This document shows, piece after piece, positions 60,707-64,000 of a DNA stretch of 64,000 nucleotides. Location: the sequence record MZ234025.1. One strand, 5' to 3'. Position 1 is the first letter of the stretch, and each line of letters opens with the position of its first letter. Source of the stretch: Escherichia phage vB_EcoM-172859UKE1. Below the pieces are notes generated by a model. That model ran no database searches, was not told the origin of the DNA, and worked only from the letters and a program-made list of their open reading frames with translations. Position numbers and translations under genes: made by a program.

Positions 60707-60904
60707 ATGAAATTTTTAATAGCACAAACAGTCCAATTAAAAGGTGTTGGAATCCCTGGGATGATTTTTAAAGTTCTCAACGAATTTAAAACTGCCGCTG
60801 GAATTATCAATGAAGCGTATGCTGTTCAATGGGTTGATGGGACTTCTGACATACGTATGGGTAAAGAGTTATCTCCTATTAAAGGGTTGAAACATGTTGA
60901 ATAA
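60707..60904 (+). CDS. hypothetical protein (65 aa)
   Basis: ORF downstream of promoter cassette. Confidence 0.4.
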   Translation: MKFLIAQTVQLKGVGIPGMIFKVLNEFKTAAGIINEAYAVQWVDGTSDIRMGKELSPIKGLKHVE

Positions 60905-61112
60905 ATTAATCCAGAAATTGTTTGGTACGGAAATGATTGAAGTTACTTATCGTGTAACCGACGTTTTTCCATATTACGCGGAAAACCGTTTAGAACCATA
61001 CGTTACGTCAATTAAAATGCCTAAAAATGACAGAAATTTATCTATCGAAGACCGTATACCTGGATACGGACATTGGGCTGATGTTGAAATTATAAGTGTT
61101 AAAGATGTCTGA
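60894..61112 (+). CDS. hypothetical protein (72 aa)
   Basis: Overlapping start with previous gene. Confidence 0.4.
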   Translation: MLNKLIQKLFGTEMIEVTYRVTDVFPYYAENRLEPYVTSIKMPKNDRNLSIEDRIPGYGHWADVEIISVKDV

Positions 61113-61563
61113 ATTAGAAATAAGAAGTAATTTCAAATGGCCGTCATGTGCATTAAGTAACTTTGCTCAATGGCCTTTTGTTATGGATGGTATTCAATTC
61201 GGAGGTCTTGAAGGATTTCTCCAAGGATGTAAGGTGAAAAATGTTGAACAACAAAGACGTATATTTGGGTTGTCTGGATTGGCTGCACAGCAAGCTGGAA
61301 GGTCTTACGCAAGAGCTCAGGACCGTGGGACTCTCTTCTGGTTAGGAGTTCCATTTTCAAGATACTCCGAAGCGTGGAAAGAATTATACACAAATGCATA
61401 TTTTGAAGCCGCGATCCAAAACAAGGGGTTTCGTGATGCCTTACAAGCCTCTAAAGGAAAAATTTTGAAGCACAGCATGGCCAGCCACCTAACAAAAGAT
61501 GATACAATACTAACTGAAGATGAATTTATTGACGTGTTAAACCTATTAAGAGACTCTTTATGA
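61105..61563 (+). CDS. NADAR (YbiA/DUF1768-like) domain protein
   Basis: FKWPSCALSNFAQWPF...GLEGFLQGCK...F motif layout typical of NADAR/YbiA family; ATG 61105. Confidence 0.5.
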   Translation: MSELEIRSNFKWPSCALSNFAQWPFVMDGIQFGGLEGFLQGCKVKNVEQQRRIFGLSGLAAQQAGRSYARAQDRGTLFWLGVPFSRYSEAWKELYTNAYFEAAIQNKGFRDALQASKGKILKHSMASHLTKDDTILTEDEFIDVLNLLRDSL

Positions 61564-62384
61564 AGCCTACTATTTTGACTGATATTGATGGTGTATGTTT
61601 AAGCTGGCAATCTGGACTTCCTTATTTTGCCCAAAAATATAACCTTCCATTAGAACATATTTTAAAAATGATTCAGGACGAAAAATTTATTTCTCCTGGT
61701 AAACTGTTCAATACCGACGATAACCTTGGTAAACAATTAATAGAAAAATATAATAGCTCTGATTTTATTCGTTACTTAGCGCCTTATTCTGATGCTCTTC
61801 GAGTTATCAATAAACTAAAAGAAGACTATAATTTTGTAGCCGTGACGGCGCTAGGTGATTCAATTGATGCTCGATTGAATAGACAATTTAATTTGAATGC
61901 TTTGTTCCCAGGCGCTTTCTCTGAAGTAATGATGTGTGGACATGATTCTTCAAAGGAACAATTATTCGAACTAGCTAAAACAAAATATAACGTGATTTGT
62001 TACGTTGACGATTTAGCTCATCATTGTGACCATGCGGCAGAAATTCTTAATGTACCGATTTATTGGTTGGCTCGTGGTGAACGTGACGCCATTCCTCGTA
62101 CTGCACAACGTGTACACACGTGGGATGATATTGAATCTCGTTTGGTTCCACCCGAGCATAATTCAGATTCAGATCGTGAAGACCTTTTAAAACGATTGGC
62201 GGATTTGCTTAAAGAATCTGGTGCAACAAGTCCAGGTGCATGGCCTAATCAAATTGGTGGCCCCTCGACAACACGTACTCCATATACCTGGCGAACCCCA
62301 GGACCAACTGATATGCAGCCGTGGTGGACGATTCAAAACTTTCCTTTAGATTCGTCTAAATGGACTTGGTCTATAAATTGTTAA
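61560..62384 (+). CDS. HAD-superfamily hydrolase (putative nucleotidase/phosphatase) with Trp/Pro-rich C-terminal tail
   Basis: N-terminal HAD motif I LTDIDGV; ATGA overlap with preceding gene. Confidence 0.5.
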   Translation: MKPTILTDIDGVCLSWQSGLPYFAQKYNLPLEHILKMIQDEKFISPGKLFNTDDNLGKQLIEKYNSSDFIRYLAPYSDALRVINKLKEDYNFVAVTALGDSIDARLNRQFNLNALFPGAFSEVMMCGHDSSKEQLFELAKTKYNVICYVDDLAHHCDHAAEILNVPIYWLARGERDAIPRTAQRVHTWDDIESRLVPPEHNSDSDREDLLKRLADLLKESGATSPGAWPNQIGGPSTTRTPYTWRTPGPTDMQPWWTIQNFPLDSSKWTWSINC

Positions 62385-62393
62385 GGGTTAATT

Positions 62394-62663
62394 ATGTTTG
62401 TAGTTCATGATATTACAGATGGCAAAAATACCACACGTGACTACGGTCACGTTAACATGTTCTTTCGAGACTGGCCATTGTTTCGTTCAGTAAAAGACGC
62501 AGAAATATTTAAAGAGTGTGTTGAACAAGGGTTCATCTACATTTCAGAATACTATGTTGAAGGACTCGGTAAATGGATTACAACTTATCAGAAAACGCTG
62601 AAATCGCTTCTAGATGAAGTGGCTTATAATAGAACCGTAACCAAAATCGAGGACATCAAATGA
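62394..62663 (+). CDS. hypothetical protein (89 aa)
   Basis: ORF whose stop overlaps ligase ATG. Confidence 0.4.
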   Translation: MFVVHDITDGKNTTRDYGHVNMFFRDWPLFRSVKDAEIFKECVEQGFIYISEYYVEGLGKWITTYQKTLKSLLDEVAYNRTVTKIEDIK

Positions 62664-64000
62664 TTTTAGATATTTTAAACCAAATAGCTGCGATCGGTTC
62701 TACTAAAACAAAACAGGAAATCCTTAAGAAAAATAAGGACAACAAATTACTTGAACGTGTGTATCGTTTAACATATGCACGTGGTATCCAGTATTATATT
62801 AAGAAATGGCCAGGACCAGGTGAAAGGTCTCAAGCGTATGGTCTTCTTGAATTAGATGACATGTTGGATTTTATTGAGTTCACATTAGCCACTCGTAAAC
62901 TCACTGGTAATGCTGCAATTAAAGAGCTCATGGGTTATATCGCTGATGGTAAACCTGATGATGTAGAAGTCCTTCGTCGTGTAATGATGCGCGACCTTGA
63001 AGTAGGTGCTTCAGTGTCTATCGCGAATAAGGTGTGGCCTGGACTTATTCAATTGCAACCACAGATGTTAGCATCTGCATATGACGAGAAATTGATTACT
63101 AAAAATATTAAATGGCCCGCATTTGCCCAATTAAAAGCAGATGGTGCTCGTTGTTTCGCTGAAGTTCGCGATGATGGTGTTCAATTCTTTTCTCGTGCCG
63201 GCAACGAATATCATGGTCTTACTCTATTAGCGGATGAACTAATGGAAATGACTAAAGAAGCTCGTGAAAGACACCCTAATGGGGTTTTAATCGACGGTGA
63301 ATTAGTTTATCATTCATTTGATATTAAAAAGGCTGTGAGCTCAGGAAATGACCTGTCGTTCTTATTTGGTGATAATGAAGAATCCGAAGAAGTACAGGTT
63401 GCAGACCGTAGCACTTCAAATGGTTTAGCAAATAAATCTCTTCAAGGGACTATTTCTCCTAAAGAAGCGGAAGGTATGGTTCTTCAAGCCTGGGACTACG
63501 TTCCTTTAGATGAAGTCTATTCTGATGGCAAAATTAAAGGTCAGAAATACGATGTTCGTTTTGCTGCTCTTGAAAATATGGCTGAAGGCTTTAAGCGAAT
63601 TGAGCCAATTGAAAATCAGTTAGTTCGTAATCTTGACGAAGCTAAAGTGGTTTATAAAAAATATGTTGACCAAGGTCTTGAAGGTATTATCCTTAAAAAC
63701 CGTGATTCATATTGGGAAAACAAACGCTCTAAGAATCTAATTAAATTTAAAGAAGTTATTGATATCGCTTTAGAAGTTGTAGGATACTATGAACACTCTA
63801 AAGACCCTAACAAATTAGGTGGTGTCGAACTCGTATCACGATGTCGTCGTATTACAACCGATTGCGGTTCAGGTTTTAAAGATACAACTCATAAAACAGT
63901 TGACGGTGTAAAGGTTCTTATTCCTTTAGACGAGCGTCATGATTTAGACCGTGAACGATTAATGACCGAAGCTCGTGAAGGTAAATTAATTGGACGTATC
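62660..64000 (+). CDS. 30: gp30 ATP-dependent DNA ligase, N-terminal ~447 aa (3' end outside window)
   Basis: MILDILNQIAA...; adenylation motif region KADGAR; open to window end. Confidence 0.9.
   Translation, partial: MILDILNQIAAIGSTKTKQEILKKNKDNKLLERVYRLTYARGIQYYIKKWPGPGERSQAYGLLELDDMLDFIEFTLATRKLTGNAAIKELMGYIADGKPDDVEVLRRVMMRDLEVGASVSIANKVWPGLIQLQPQMLASAYDEKLITKNIKWPAFAQLKADGARCFAEVRDDGVQFFSRAGNEYHGLTLLADELMEMTKEARERHPNGVLIDGELVYHSFDIKKAVSSGNDLSFLFGDNEESEEVQVADRSTSNGLANKSLQGTISPKEAEGMVLQAWDYVPLDEVYSDGKIKGQKYDVRFAALENMAEGFKRIEPIENQLVRNLDEAKVVYKKYVDQGLEGIILKNRDSYWENKRSKNLIKFKEVIDIALEVVGYYEHSKDPNKLGGVELVSRCRRITTDCGSGFKDTTHKTVDGVKVLIPLDERHDLDRERLMTEAREGKLIGRI

Overview
This window is a T4-like (T-even, Straboviridae/Tevenvirinae) myovirus genome segment, colinear with T4 but read in the opposite orientation. 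Plus strand, early/middle genes: uvsX (3' part), 40, 41, an accessory island (dmd, sp, small membrane and lipoproteins), primase 61, dCTPase 56, soc, two ModA/ModB-like ADP-ribosyltransferases, dda, dexA, a fused 39+60 topoisomerase subunit, rIIA, rIIB, ndd, 52, motA and asiA. Minus strand, late genes: holin t and tail-fibre genes 38, 37, 36, 35, 34. Plus strand again: rnh, dsbA, 33, 59, 32, frd, td, nrdA, nrdB, denA, rnlA (63), alc, pseT, cd, 31, rIII and the start of DNA ligase 30. td and nrdB are intronless, and dam is absent between 61 and 56. Non-coding signals are typical T-even ones: GTTTAC...TATAAT early promoters, often inside stem-loops and partly as near-identical cassettes at distant loci; TATAAATA late promoters; many UUCG-tetraloop hairpin terminators. 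No tRNA, rRNA or CRISPR was seen. The most interesting departures from T4 are a GT4-like glycosyltransferase between 39 and rIIA (candidate non-canonical hmC-DNA sugar transferase), a full-length DAHP synthase translationally coupled to cd, a small Arr-like ADP-ribosyltransferase candidate beside dmd, a NADAR/HAD pair near ligase, and a degenerate HNH-like protein in the srd position. All calls are from reading the sequence and recalled family knowledge; no database search was run.
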